64,000 nucleotides of DNA from Phoronis australis (taxonomy: Eukaryota > Animalia > Phoronida), in the NCBI GenBank assembly GCA_002633005.1, contig NMRA01000069.1:363740-427739 (forward strand), in the 5' to 3' direction. Both the position numbers and the translations under genes were made by a program. Under the pieces are notes generated by a model, which saw nothing but the letters and a program-made list of their open reading frames with translations, made no database searches and was not told the origin of the DNA. Shown piece after piece: positions 1-11,107 of this stretch. Positions within the stretch are counted from its first letter, which is position 1; every line of letters begins with the position of its first letter.

Positions 1-257
1 GAAAATATCTTCTGAAAATGAACAAAAAAGTGCATTAGTAAAATCAACAAGTTTTTAAGTGGTCTCAAAAAAACAGTCGGTAAATGCATTAATTTTAGTC
101 TCAGTTCTTCCACGCGTGTTTCTCCCGAGAGGTTAGTACCTAACGTGCAGACGAGCGTTCCAAATTGGAACGCTAAGTCCCGCGTGGCAGCGCTGCACGC
201 GAAACAAGATGGCGGACGACCTTTGGAGACTGACGACGAGAGGTAATCGGACTATAC
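1..257. repeat. Dispersed repeat, probably the end of a non-autonomous DNA transposon; second copy at about 41109-41365
   Basis: Direct similarity to 41109-41365, e.g. cgtgtttctcccgagaggttagtacctaacgtg and ccaaattggaacgctaagtcccgcgtgg occur in both. Confidence 0.85.
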
Positions 258-2791
258 TACTTAATCCTGTCTCCACAAATCCATTTTTGTTTTCTCCGTT
301 TTGATGAAAACTATCTGGTAAACTTTTTGACGAAAATTATCAGCTAAATTTCTTCCAAAGGTAGTGACTCGTAAACTCTTGTCCTTACGAGGAAGTTCAG
401 CCATAGCTTAGTGAGCGAATTAACCAAATTACTCTTCGCTGGCCCTGATCAGACGGTTGGTCTCGGCAGTATGCGCACATTTGGCCAGGATTTGGATCAG
501 CGATTTCAACAAATTCACATTCGTGTACAAATAAATAGAACGATGGTAAAACCTTTAGCATAAATAAAGATTACATTAATACTTCATAAATAACCACCCG
601 GACCAGTCAAAATCTATCACGCAATTTCAACAGCAGGTTACACACTCATTTCATGTCGAATATATGCCGCACAAAATCTCTCGAGTGCAGTCTATGAAAA
701 TGCAACCAACTTCATTGAAAACATGGAACAGGAACACCAGAGGGCTGTAAAGGTTGTTTTTATTGTTCAATGCTATTTTTTTGTAAGCGGACATATGGTT
801 TTTTAAATTTCCGCCTTAAGTCCTAACATTTCTAAACTTAAGCCTTTCAAAAGAACGTTTATGACGAAAACAAAATTCTTCAACCAGTTTTGTAAAGTCC
901 TATGCCACCTGTAGGGTACATACTGAGCCAATCCCACTCCTAATGTAACAAAAGAGTCCCGTGCATAAAGGATACTAAGTATTGCCCTTCTGAAATATTA
1001 CCTTATGCGCCATAATAAGGGTGCTTAGAAAAATCCGCTTCATGAAGGGGGCGCTTCTTACGTATAGCCCAAAAGTGGTTGAAACCCGGTCTCCGAAACA
1101 GGTGAAATCGTAAGCTAGAATTCATCAAAGTTACGCTCTGTGACGCATCTGTAACCTATGAACAGAGTTTCTACAAAACTGCAGTGCATTGCTATCACAC
1201 TTTGTTGTCAACTTACGAGCATTTTTCAGAAAATACACTGCCAAAAATTGCCGTGAATCAGATTTCAAGCTCCTCGGCTTGGTTTGACTATACATTAATA
1301 AACCATAAAAATGGTTCCAAGTGATCAGTGCAATGCCTGCGCACGTCTAATAAATGTGTATCATGCAGCTCCTGATTTAAACAAAGGTCTGTTTTTTTAA
1401 TTTTGGTCCGGTATAAATAACGCCAGAGACCTGGAAATCCAGCGAAACACTTCTACCTTACAAATCTGACAATCCCTAGTCTCAGAAAATTTGAGCACCC
1501 GGCAAAAGATACTAATGATGAAATTCTGGTGATGATAATCACCCACTTTGTTTATTTACTACACCTCAATTTGAAATACTTGGTAAAATGAAGCCCATTC
1601 GAGTAAGCATCATGTGGGTCCCAATGCCAACCCAATATATGAGAGAACCCAACAAGCTCAAGTTGCAGTCAAATCAGGATGGGCATAAATAAGGAAATTT
1701 ACTGTATCAACAGATTGGCCAAATAAGAATAAGATACAAAGTGTTGCTACAGTGCACACGTGCACGATACTTGGTCTATTATTTTCCCGCCGTAAATGCA
1801 TGAACCAATCAGATCACCAATGGCGCAAAGTTTTCGAAAACAGCTCGATTTTTAGGGAGTTCTTGTTTACTGTTCTATTTATTTTCAAAACTTTATTGTG
1901 TTACATTTAGTTTATTTTCTGTTCAACTCAATGAAGCCACCTAATATGAATGCATTCAACACAATTAATGCATTGCAAAAACCAAAAGTTATGCTCTATC
2001 AACGTTAGACAAAATCAGTACACCCCTTTCTTAAAAAATGGGTTAAACGTTATAACAAAGGACACAAGTTTCCATCACTTGTAACGTCGATTTTCGACAT
2101 TGATGTTGGGGAGGAACATCAGTCTGGCACAGCAACACGGAATCGCACGAAGGCGATGATTTTCAAAATTTGATTCGTTTTCGTAGTACCGGGCATGTCT
2201 TTTTCCCTATGGTTCAGGGCTACTTCTGAATCCATGAACAAGAACTGAAAAAGGCAGGGTTCGTGATAACGTTGGAGAACGGTAACATTTATATAAGGTG
2301 TTACAACTGTCATCGATATTGTCATCTCCTCTGTTTTCATCCAACCTTTCCAGATGAAAACTTGAATGAAGAGGACCTTAAGTACTTGAGTGAGCATGGT
2401 ATGCTGTGTGATTTATGTTGCATTATTCAACAGTTCTTTTAAGAACCATTTCACGCTATAGCTACAACCAACGGCCCTTTTAAGGGCCACTCAACACTTC
2501 CCAGAAGAACTGCTCACTTGAGAATGTTGATTTATAAACATGCTTTCGTAGTTTTCTCAGTAGGCCTATGTGAACCATCAATCAAAAACTGTCTGATAAC
2601 TATGCTGCTATTGGGCAAGCAGACGACATAATCAGTCGGCACCGAAGTTTGAATTTTGTAATTAATTACCAGTAGCATTGCCAAAGTACTCACAATACCA
2701 ACACTTCTACTATTAAAAGACTTTGAAAAGCGTCTCAATGCAAAAATTAATATTTTTTTCGTTGTTTTGGACAGTAAAGTAGATGCAAGTA

Positions 2792-3608
2792 CAGTCAAGT
2801 GACCTAATTATCGGACGTTTTGGTACATTTTGCATTATATTTAATTGAAAATACTACGGATTGTTGTAAATTCTTTGCTGAAATAAAGAATTACCTATAT
2901 AGAATTGTTCTGTTACTATATCTTGTCACCGAAAGCCGCATTTATGTTCCGACTGAACTTTAAAAAACACAACAAGCAAACCTTCGGAGAACCTAAATAT
3001 CGGACACCATGTTTCCCCATACGCCACACCGTGGAAAACTGACTAACCACGTAATGGCCGCGGGCACCTTGTAGCCAAATTTCAGCTCGAGTGTTTTGAC
3101 ATATATGCTGCTAGAACACAGGTCCATTCGCAACAAAATTATAAATAGAAATCTGATGACGGCGCCAAGTCATTTCGATGAATTAGTGCAGACGACTAAA
3201 GCACGTGCAAACTCACTGCAGTTTTTATTATCACTTTGGCTTCTTGATATGACACCCGCACGTGCGCGGTCGGGGTTTGACTTGAGTTTAAAAACAAATG
3301 AAAAAATGGAACAGTAACATATTGTCAGTTCAATGAGAAAGTTTCATTGTGGAAAAAGATTTTATTTTCAACTTTTATAACCGATTTATGCGATCGTCCA
3401 TTTTAGGCCGACTTGGGGGTCTAAATTGCACCCTCTCTCGGTGAAGTCAAAACGAGGCAACGCTGTAAAAAACGAGACGGTGCCGGACATTGAATGCATT
3501 ACAACGGAACAACAATTGGTGTTATTTAATTCTCAGATTATGCTTCAAGTAAGATTTTTTGAAATGTCCGATATTTAGGTTCCGTCCGATAATTAGGTAC
3601 ACTATGTG
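2792..3608. mobile_element. MITE, Tc1/mariner (pogo/Tigger-like) termini
   Basis: Left end TA|cagtcaagtgacctaattatcggacg. Right end cgtccgataattaggtacactatgtg|TA is an imperfect inverse with an exact acctaattatcggacg core. The sub-terminal motif acctaaatatcggaca (about 2991) is inverted at about 3565. No transposase ORF. Confidence 0.6.
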
Positions 3609-3776
3609 TATTTCTCGTCAAAATACACCAACCAGAAACTGCACCAGAAAGGTCAGGAGAGTTCAGCTCAGCACGTAAGGATATGCCGGAGTTGCGAATC
3701 TGTTGTCTATAATCTATGGTTCGATCCAACTCAGCTGTGTTCCTCCGACTAAAGATCATGCTGACGTTAAAATTAC

Positions 3777-4019
3777 CTTCTCTCCAAGCGTCTTCCTGTA
3801 AGTCGGAGGTCTCCAAAACACTACTTCCGTCTTCCTGGAAATCGGAGGTCTCCGAAACACTATTTACGTCTTTCTCTAAATCGGAGGTCTCCGGAACACT
3901 ACTTCCGGCTTCATGTAAATCGGAGGTCTCCGGAACACTACTTTCGTCTTCTTCTAAATCGGAGATCTCCGAAATGTCCATGGGCTCTGCAGACATCTTG
4001 ATTACCGTCCAAATTAGGC
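3777..4019 (-). CDS. Coding exon of a paralog of the TIR gene: acidic N-terminal exon with a 13-aa tandem repeat
   Basis: Acceptor ctaattctcgttatag| before 4019 and donor AAG|gtaatt after 3777, giving 243 nt. ATG at 3996 reads MSAEPMDISEISDLEEDESSVPETSDL...QEDAWRE|G with a phase 1 donor. Homologous to exon 15111-15022 with both splice sites conserved. Its downstream exon was not found in the window. Confidence 0.65.
3790..3975 (-). repeat. Coding 39-bp tandem repeat, about 5 units
   Basis: On the + strand tcggaggtctcc recurs every 39 nt (3803, 3842, 3881, 3920, variant at 3959). Units translate as SDLEEDESSVPET / SDLHEAGSSVPET / SDLEKDVNSVSET / SDFQEDGSSVLET / SDLQED. Confidence 0.95.
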
Positions 4020-4180
4020 CTATAACGAGAATTAGACAGACAAAAATCATGCATATTAGTGTTAAAGATATCAACTTTCTGACGAGAGCATTATTTTGCT
4101 CTTCTTACCAAAGCAATGTCGTTGCGTTCTTTTCGCTAGAGTTTAAATTGGCTACAATAAATTCCATGGAATTCCACGGG

Positions 4181-4707
4181 CTCGCTGGTTCCCTAACACG
4201 CAGGTATCTTAATTTCAGTAGCACGCACTTAATCCCTGGTTGATAAAACCTCGGCAGTCAGTGGTTAGGTTAACAACAAAGAAAGAAAATGGCGGGCAAT
4301 GAACGATCTTCAGCCTTGTCATGCAAGTTGTGTAACATGAGCAAGTATTTCGTTTCTGCAGTAATGTTTCATAGCCGCGTGCTTGAAGCACATAAACGAA
4401 CAATAAACACATATCTGGCTGATTGAACCGGTGTGTTATTCATACTGTATGATTACAGGACAGCAACGTAAACAAAAGTCAGCGACAGCAGAAATATGCA
4501 CTCAGAAAAGGCGCAAACAACATTTCTTTCGGTTTGTCCGTACAGCAGACCATAACATTTCCTCCACCAGTCATGCCAGTTTGTTAGGGAAAAGCGCTAC
4601 CTATTCGACCAGCCAATTGGAAACGCCGGTGTAAAAAAATTCTGGAGGAAAATTAAATGATACCTGCGTCTTTTCTACCACCTAGCGACACCCAAGGAAC
4701 CAGCGAG
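4181..4707. mobile_element. Non-autonomous DNA transposon with a perfect 9-bp TSD
   Basis: TIR ctcgctggttcc ... ggaaccagcgag, flanked on both sides by ttccacggg (4172-4180 and 4708-4716). The paralogous site near 15270 lacks the insertion. Superfamily not assignable by eye. Confidence 0.85.
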
Positions 4708-4728
4708 TTCCACGGGCGGCTATAAGGT

Positions 4729-5231
4729 CTCGTTGGTTCCCTGCGTGTCCGCTAGGTGGTAGAGAACACGCAGGTATCATTTAATTTACTCCGTGAATTT
4801 TTTTACACCGCTGTTTCTGATTGGCTGGTCGAATTCTCAACAGGTAGAGCTTTACATAAACAAACTGGCATGGCTGATGGAGGAAGTGTATAAATGTGGA
4901 TATAGTTTGTGGTCTGTTGTACCCGACATATCGTGGGTGCTTATATAAATCATGTTCAACAAATGTGAATCAGAAAGTTGTGGTTGTGCCTTTTCGGAGT
5001 GCATTTTTCTGCTGTCGCTGACTTTCGTTTACGTTGCTGTCCTGTATTCACACCTAGGACCAATATCAAATATGTATATTACTCCCAGATTCACACAGTA
5101 TACTATGATAACACACTGGTTAAATCGTCCAGAAGTGTGTGCAATATTGTATGTGCTTCACTAAGCACGCGGCCACTAAATGATACTTGCGTGTTTTCTA
5201 CCCCCTGGGGGACACGCAGGGAACCAGCGAG
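4729..5231. mobile_element. Second member of the same MITE family, in inverted orientation
   Basis: TIR ctcgttggttccctgcgtgtcc ... ggacacgcagggaaccagcgag. The interior is the reverse complement of about 4370-4707. Degenerate TSD ctataaggt / ctatacagc. Confidence 0.8.
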
Positions 5232-5295
5232 CTATACAGCAACCCGTCGCGACAAGCCGATGACGGTAGAGGCCGGTGGTACAAAACGTGAACAT

Positions 5296-5694
5296 GGGCC
5301 CGGTCTCTAATCTTTGTACTCGAAACGAACTCGAAACTATTTTTGGCAATTTCTCTGCTCCTTTTGTGCGAACTTAAGATAATTGGTTATCAGACTGTGC
5401 TAGAATACATTATAGTTTATGCATAGGATTTCTACTTCAAGTTTGCCCTTGAAGACCCTTATATTTGTGCTACCAACTCGAGTAAAAACTCGAAATTTCG
5501 AGTTCAAACTCGAACTTATTGCTTTAATATTGGATTTACAAACTGTGAACTAAGGGCAATAAATCTACGTAAGTTATTGTGTACTCGAGCATAGAATAAT
5601 AGACACTTATCTTGATTTCGCCCAAAAGTAGAGTAGAAAATGCCAAACCTAATTTCGAGTTCCATTTCGAGTAAAAAGATTGGAGACCGGGCCC
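5296..5694. mobile_element. MITE with about 40-bp TIRs, PIF/Harbinger-like GGGCC termini
   Basis: gggcccggtctctaatctttgtactcgaaacgaactcgaaa is inverted as tttcgagttccatttcgagtaaaaagattggagaccgggccc. A diverged relative lies at about 60056-60325. Confidence 0.75.
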
Positions 5695-5744
5695 AGGTAA
5701 GGAATCAAATTTGTTGTGTCGTGGTGGGTGACGGTATGCAGCCG

Positions 5745-6735
5745 GCGTGTAGGCCTAGAGGTAAAGGGAAAGTGAGTCAGAAGCACCGATGAGAAAATGG
5801 TCAAGAGAGTTCAGCGAATTTTTGTGAGATGCCAGAAATTGGTTTCGGTTTTTAATCGTCCATCACTGCACTGATCGAACATAAATGTAATCAATCAGTC
5901 ATGAAAATGTGTAGCACTTGTCCACCGGCATGGCATGCACCTGAGTCGTAATTTCGGAAGTCGTGTAGCCCGAGGTACGCACCACAAGCGGTGGGAAGGC
6001 TTCCCACACGACTCCAGCGACGAGCGACCGGGAGAGGTGCTGCACTTTTGACGGGGACCGGGTCGCCGGGCGCTGACCGGACGACGGGAAGGATCGGCGC
6101 CGCACAAAGGCACGCAGGAGAGATCGATATACGACAAATGGCGACTGAGGGATGGCGCAATAAGTGGGAGCGGCACGAAAATTTTGATGACGTCTAAGTC
6201 TGGGACATTGGGGCGGCAACTTTATCATTTATTTTCGATTTCCTCCATCCCAAATTTTTGTTCCACCCGTCGTCATGCAGTTCACTGGAAAGGCAATCAT
6301 TCTTTAGCTAGTTAAGCCCCCGGTTTTTAACTGAATAAAGTAAAAAAATATCTGTTAATCAAGTTGACAAAGCTTCTGTCTGAAGATGTGACTTTATTAT
6401 GACTACTTACCAACTCGCTCGGTTCAGGTTCCTTACGCGTCTGGGGCGCTCGAGTGGCCGGTCAGCTGAATTGGATGACACTTGATGACGATTGAGAAAG
6501 CAGCTAAAACAGGACAACAAATTCTGCTCAACGTCAAGTCCACTAAAATTTCAAGTCCTTGCTCGAGTGAGAAGTGTTAATAGATGATCATAAGCGTTGA
6601 GTTACTAAGATCTAAACACACCTGGGTTTTTCCGGCGAAACGTGGCGTCCGGTTTCTTCGATGGTTTCATGCTTGGCCTCTAGATGGTGTTCGAGACATG
6701 AACGCAAACAATACGCAATAAACAATGAACTTTAT
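5745..6735. repeat. Duplicated GC-rich block A; copy A' at about 23256-24255, same orientation
   Basis: Shared strings include agagttcagcga, gagatgccagaaattggt, cgacaaatggcgactgag, ttcgatttcctccatcccaaattttt and acaggacaacaaattctgctcaa. Confidence 0.9.
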
Positions 6736-7689
6736 ATAAAATGCATCGTTCACAAACTCCGTATTCCCCGCTCCACTACAGGCCTTTGTTGCACCTGTTT
6801 CGGCACCGCATTGGTCCCATGTATTGCACCGGCCCCCTATTTGGATTCGAGGTGTTCTATTTGTTTTTTCTCGCAGGCCGTTTTTTGCGGACGCGAAGGG
6901 AGGGTGGCCAGTTTTGTAATGGCCTTGGTGAAGTCAGTCGGTCGGCTCAAAAGCCTGCGTGACGTCACTCTGGCAGCTTAATTTCACTCCCTCTAGCTTC
7001 TGTCGCGTATATGATTCATCGGGCCTGTCGCCTCCAAAATTAATGATGCCTCATTAAAAAATGTCTAATCTTCCTTGAGTAAACTAAATTATTTACCCGG
7101 GTGTTGGAAAATTGGCGTTCTTCAGTCATTCTGCTGCTAAAATTGCGATGCGCTCTTTGGGCGCCATTGCCGTCACCTATCGGGCCAACAGCTGTGGAGG
7201 TTGCGTACGTGTCACAACAATCGGAAGTGGCTTCATTTCGTTACAAGTTTTTACTATTTTAATACCAAAAAAAACAATTTCAGAAAATACTCTTGAGAGA
7301 TATCGCAAGGTTTTGGGAAATGGCGCGTACGTGCGCGTGTCACGAGATTGCTGTTTTCGACGGCAGATAGGAAATTCCTTTGTTACGAAACTTCGGAGAA
7401 ATACGAAAAATAACGTTTATTAGATTTTGTTTACTTCTATAAACGGCTGTAACGGGCAATGTGAATGTGTATTCATTCCCATATTCTGCATGCACCCCTG
7501 CAGGTTTTTGTAGCTCTTTTAAGAACTTAAAAGTTTCACGACGACGTGACGAGCCTGAGCACCAGGATTGTCGGTAATCGGTGTCTAACAGAGTTCTACA
7601 CACGGCTACCTAGCTGTTTGTTGACGACAGTCTTCATACAGCTAGATGGCTTTCTACCTCAGTATGTATATATATGATGCAACTTCATG

Positions 7690-8020
7690 TAAACTTACAA
7701 CGTTCAGATAAGTTTCCATCAGGGCTGCTATTCATCATGTAGAATATACGAATATACATTACAATCTCAATGAAAGCTGTCTCCTCCAATCCGGCGGCAG
7801 AGTATGAAAATCCCGAAAGGTAAGGCTCGCTTATAACCCTACACGCAGGTGGATGACCTTTGCACAGACACACGCATTGTCCTCGACAAATCGTTTTATA
7901 AGTTGTCCAAGTCAAATACGACTTGTGTGCGAGTTTCCTTGATTACAACATTGCTCACACAGGACGTTCTCAGGCTTACTTTTGAGGTTGTGTAAACCCA
8001 GCTACTATAGTCCAATATTC
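7690..8020. repeat. Duplicated block B; copy B' at about 24915-25256, same orientation
   Basis: Shared strings include aacgttcagataa, tcccgaaaggtaaggctcgctt, gtcaaatacgacttgt, ggacgttctcaggcttactttt and tgtgtaaacccagctactatag. Confidence 0.9.
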
Positions 8021-8024
8021 TGAC

Positions 8025-10085
8025 ACGCCGCGACAGTAATGTACTCTGCGTTTGCGTATTACTGGAATTGTAATGGGAAGTTACTGACAGCTACCCGATT
8101 ACAATTATTAAAAGGAATTCTTTAAGATCATGGAAAAATGACTTGTTAATAATTTGATGATCTTTCCACTAATTGACCTCTTTCGGTGCAATATGAGCCC
8201 GGATGAGGGAATAATTGTAAACTCAATTAAAAGTGTGGTTATTGCAAACAATCACAGATGTTTTACTTTAAGCACTTCAGAATACAAGATGAAGGAATTG
8301 GTCAAACTTTCAGAAGAAAAAAGCAACTAATGACCCCATGGGTGCACGAAATGACCTGATAATTAAGAATTCAAACTCAATCACATTTACTCAACAGATA
8401 TGTAATTTTGAAGTCTCTAGCTCAAAATTTTAGTTTGCACTCAGTGACCTTCGACCTATTTTTCTGATTGGTTAGGCTTTTGCGTAGTAAAGTAGCACGT
8501 TCGATTGGTATGGTGACTTACACCAGTGTGCTGATTTTGAAAAGAATTCCTTGAAAAATGTAGGGGATATAACATTTTGAACGTTAGATGACCTTTGCAC
8601 TAATTGACCCTATCCGGTGCATTATAAACGTCTTTAGGGGATTCATTATAAAGCCCTTGAAAAGTGTGTTTAATGCTGAGAATCACAGTTGTCTAACGAT
8701 TGACACATCGGAATACTTGCTGAATGAAAAGGACAATTTTTCAGAAGAAAAATGCACCTAACGACCCCATGGTTGGACTAAATGACCTGAAACTTCGTAT
8801 TTCAAATTGAATTAGACGTATCAATCAGACTTGTGAATTTGATGTGTCTAGCTCAAAATTTTAGTTTTCACTCAATGACCTTTGACCTGTTTTTCTGATT
8901 GGTTAGGCCTATTGCGTAGTAAATTAGGGTGTTCAATTGGCATGTTGAATTACCAAAGTGTGCTGAAATTGAAAAGAATTCCTTGAAAAACGTGAGATAT
9001 AACATCTTGAACGTTAGATGACCTTTGCACTAATTGACCCTATCCGGTGCATTATAATCGCCTTGAGGAGAATTATTGCAAAGCCCATGAAAAATGTGTT
9101 TAATGCTGAGAATCACAGTTGTCATACAGTTGACACATTAGAATACTTGGTGAATGAAAAGTTCAAATTTTCAGAAGAAAAATGCACCTAATGACCCCAT
9201 TTTTGCACTAAATGACCTGAAACTTTGGATTCCGAATTGAATTACATGTGCCAATCAGACCTGTGAATTTGAAGTGTCTAGCTCAAATCTTAGTTTGCAC
9301 CTAATGACCTTTGACCTGTTTAACCTGATTGGATGACTCGATTACTTAGAAAAGTAGTTTTTTAAATTGCCTGTGTACCGAGTTTGAAAAGAATAGCTTT
9401 TAGAGTAAAGAAGGAGTAGCATTTTGCGAATTATATTACCCTTGCACTAAATGACCTCTTCCGGTGCAATATGGAATATGATTATATAACGAGTCAAAAT
9501 TTATGTACCGTCAAAATTGATATGCTGAATTTAAAGAACGTAGCTGCACCCAATTTGAAGTTATTGAGCCTCAAAGTTGGTCGGAAGAAGAATTAGAAGA
9601 ACTAGAAAGATTATTGTCACGGCGTGACAATAATGGACTCTGCACGTGCGTATTACTGGGATTGTTATGGGAAGTTTTTGATAGCAACCCGTTTACCAAT
9701 ATGAGAAGGAATTTTTTAAAATTGTAGGAGAAATTACATGTTAATATTTTGATGACATTTCCACTAATTGACCTCTTCCGGTGCATTATGAGCCCCGATG
9801 AAGGAAAAATTCTAAACTCGATTAAAAAGTGGTTGATGCTAAGAATTACAGATGTTTTACTTTAAGCACTTCAGAATACAAGATGAATGGATTGGTCAAA
9901 CTTTCAGAAGAAAAATGCACCTAATGACCCCATTGGTGCACCAAATGGCCTGAAACTTTAGAATTCAAACTCAATCGCATTTAGTAAACAGATATGTAAT
10001 TTTGAAGTCTTTAGCTCAAGATTTTAGTTTGCACTCAATGACCTTTGACCAATTTTCTCGGATTGGATGACCCTATTGCTTAGTT
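8025..10085. repeat. Element with an internal tandem array of about 430-bp TGACC-rich units; two adjacent copies, the second truncated
   Basis: The motif cactaattgacc...cggtgca recurs at about 8167, 8598, 9028, 9445 and 9762, and tttcagaagaaaaa / aatgacctttgacc recur in register. The head sequence at about 8030 (gacagtaatgtactctgc...gcgtattactgg) restarts at about 9625 after a GAA-rich tail. Confidence 0.85.
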
Positions 10086-10243
10086 AAAGGCGAAGGCAAC
10101 CTTTTTCCATGTCATTTTGAGCTAAAATAAGGTTGGTTGGTTATCCTAGACATATTTTCCACTTAATTACAGCTTTTCGTAATTTTATTAATTACTCATC
10201 CGCTACTCCGGAAGTGACGTTTTAGGAGGCAAGCGTTTCCCGC

Positions 10244-10601
10244 CACAAATTGGACACATTACGGTCACAAGACATTTTCGAAAAATTTGCAAATCTTGGA
10301 TTTTTCCGACTCATGTAATCACGGGCCGGGGACCGGTTGGGGGCAATACAGCACTTGATTTTTTAAAAAAAATATTGTGTTTGGATTAATCGGTGTTGTC
10401 TGACAACGGTTGCACCCATTGTATGTTCTTGGAGAGTATTCAAGACGTTTTTTGCGTCAAAAGCTGATTTAAAGCTTTGATGTGTTATCATGCGACTGTC
10501 TTAGAAATAATGGTCCTCTTTTTAAAAGATGAGAAACATTGTTTCATTTATTGAACCTAAAATATATTTTCGTTATTCTGCAACCTTAACATGACGTCAC
10601 A
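10244..10601. repeat. Duplicated block C, ending in a CRE palindrome; copy C' at about 26808-27168
   Basis: Shared aattggacacattacggtcaca, atcggtgttgtc-gacaacggttgcacccatt and ggagagt. In both copies TGACGTCA starts 161 nt after the start of ggagagt (10592 and 27159). Confidence 0.8.
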
Positions 10602-10639
10602 GTTTGTTTTCATTTATGCCGNCCCATTTAGTTCGATAA

Positions 10640-11107
10640 GTTTTTTATTCCGTAAAACGAAATGATTACTGAACCCACGAAATGTGAGGTATGCAAGGAG
10701 GAGAGGGTACAGCTCTTCCAGGCTCTCGAACAATACCCCAATGTTTATAAAAAATATTCTGAAATTCCGCAATTGTACAACAAAATTAATTTCTTTCTAT
10801 ATGGATGTCAAGAACTTAACTCAAACGAAAATAAGGTTTTATTTGAAATAGTATCAAAATTTCTTTATAACATTAAATCTCTTTGTGTGAGTGGATAGAA
10901 TTTTATACATCTGTATGAAAATGAATTATTTTCATTCGTTGTCATATATCATTGTATTAACATCAGTTTTTTATTTATGTATTCTTATATAATCATTGTA
11001 TATAGACTTCTTTGTATTTTTTTATCCAGATTTAATGCCTCTTGGCGCTTTCTGGGTTATGTATATTCATTGTATTCTGAAGATTTCGTAATAAACATTA
11101 AAAAAAA
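10640..11107 (+). mobile_element. 5'-truncated non-LTR retrotransposon (LINE) 3' end
   Basis: The peptide C..CKEERVQLFQAL...FFLYGCQELNSNENKVLFEIVSKFL resembles the recalled C-terminus of invertebrate LINE ORF2 (LLYG..L...N..IF..V..FI). It is followed by an AT-rich tail ending in aataaa and an A-run at about 11100. Confidence 0.55.

Noticed and set aside
1001-1155. Minus-strand segment with an acceptor and short matches (gcgtcacagag, PYYG) to the TIR exon, as the paralog's missing exon
   Set aside because: The required phase 1 frame stops after 12 codons, and the similarity does not extend beyond a few bases.
3538-4074. 178-aa ORF (and 14975-15178) that looks like a single-pass membrane protein
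   Set aside because: The hydrophobic N-terminus is a translated intronic pyrimidine tract upstream of a conserved acceptor. The part after 3777 runs past a donor into intron and MITE sequence.
3716-4243. 175-aa plus-strand ORF with KSEVS repeats
   Set aside because: It is the antisense shadow of the 39-bp coding repeat. The conserved splice signals are on the minus strand.
5891-6228. Several overlapping ORFs in block A, and at 23459-23823 in A'
   Set aside because: GC-rich sequence has few stops, indels between the two copies do not preserve any frame, and no domain is recognisable.
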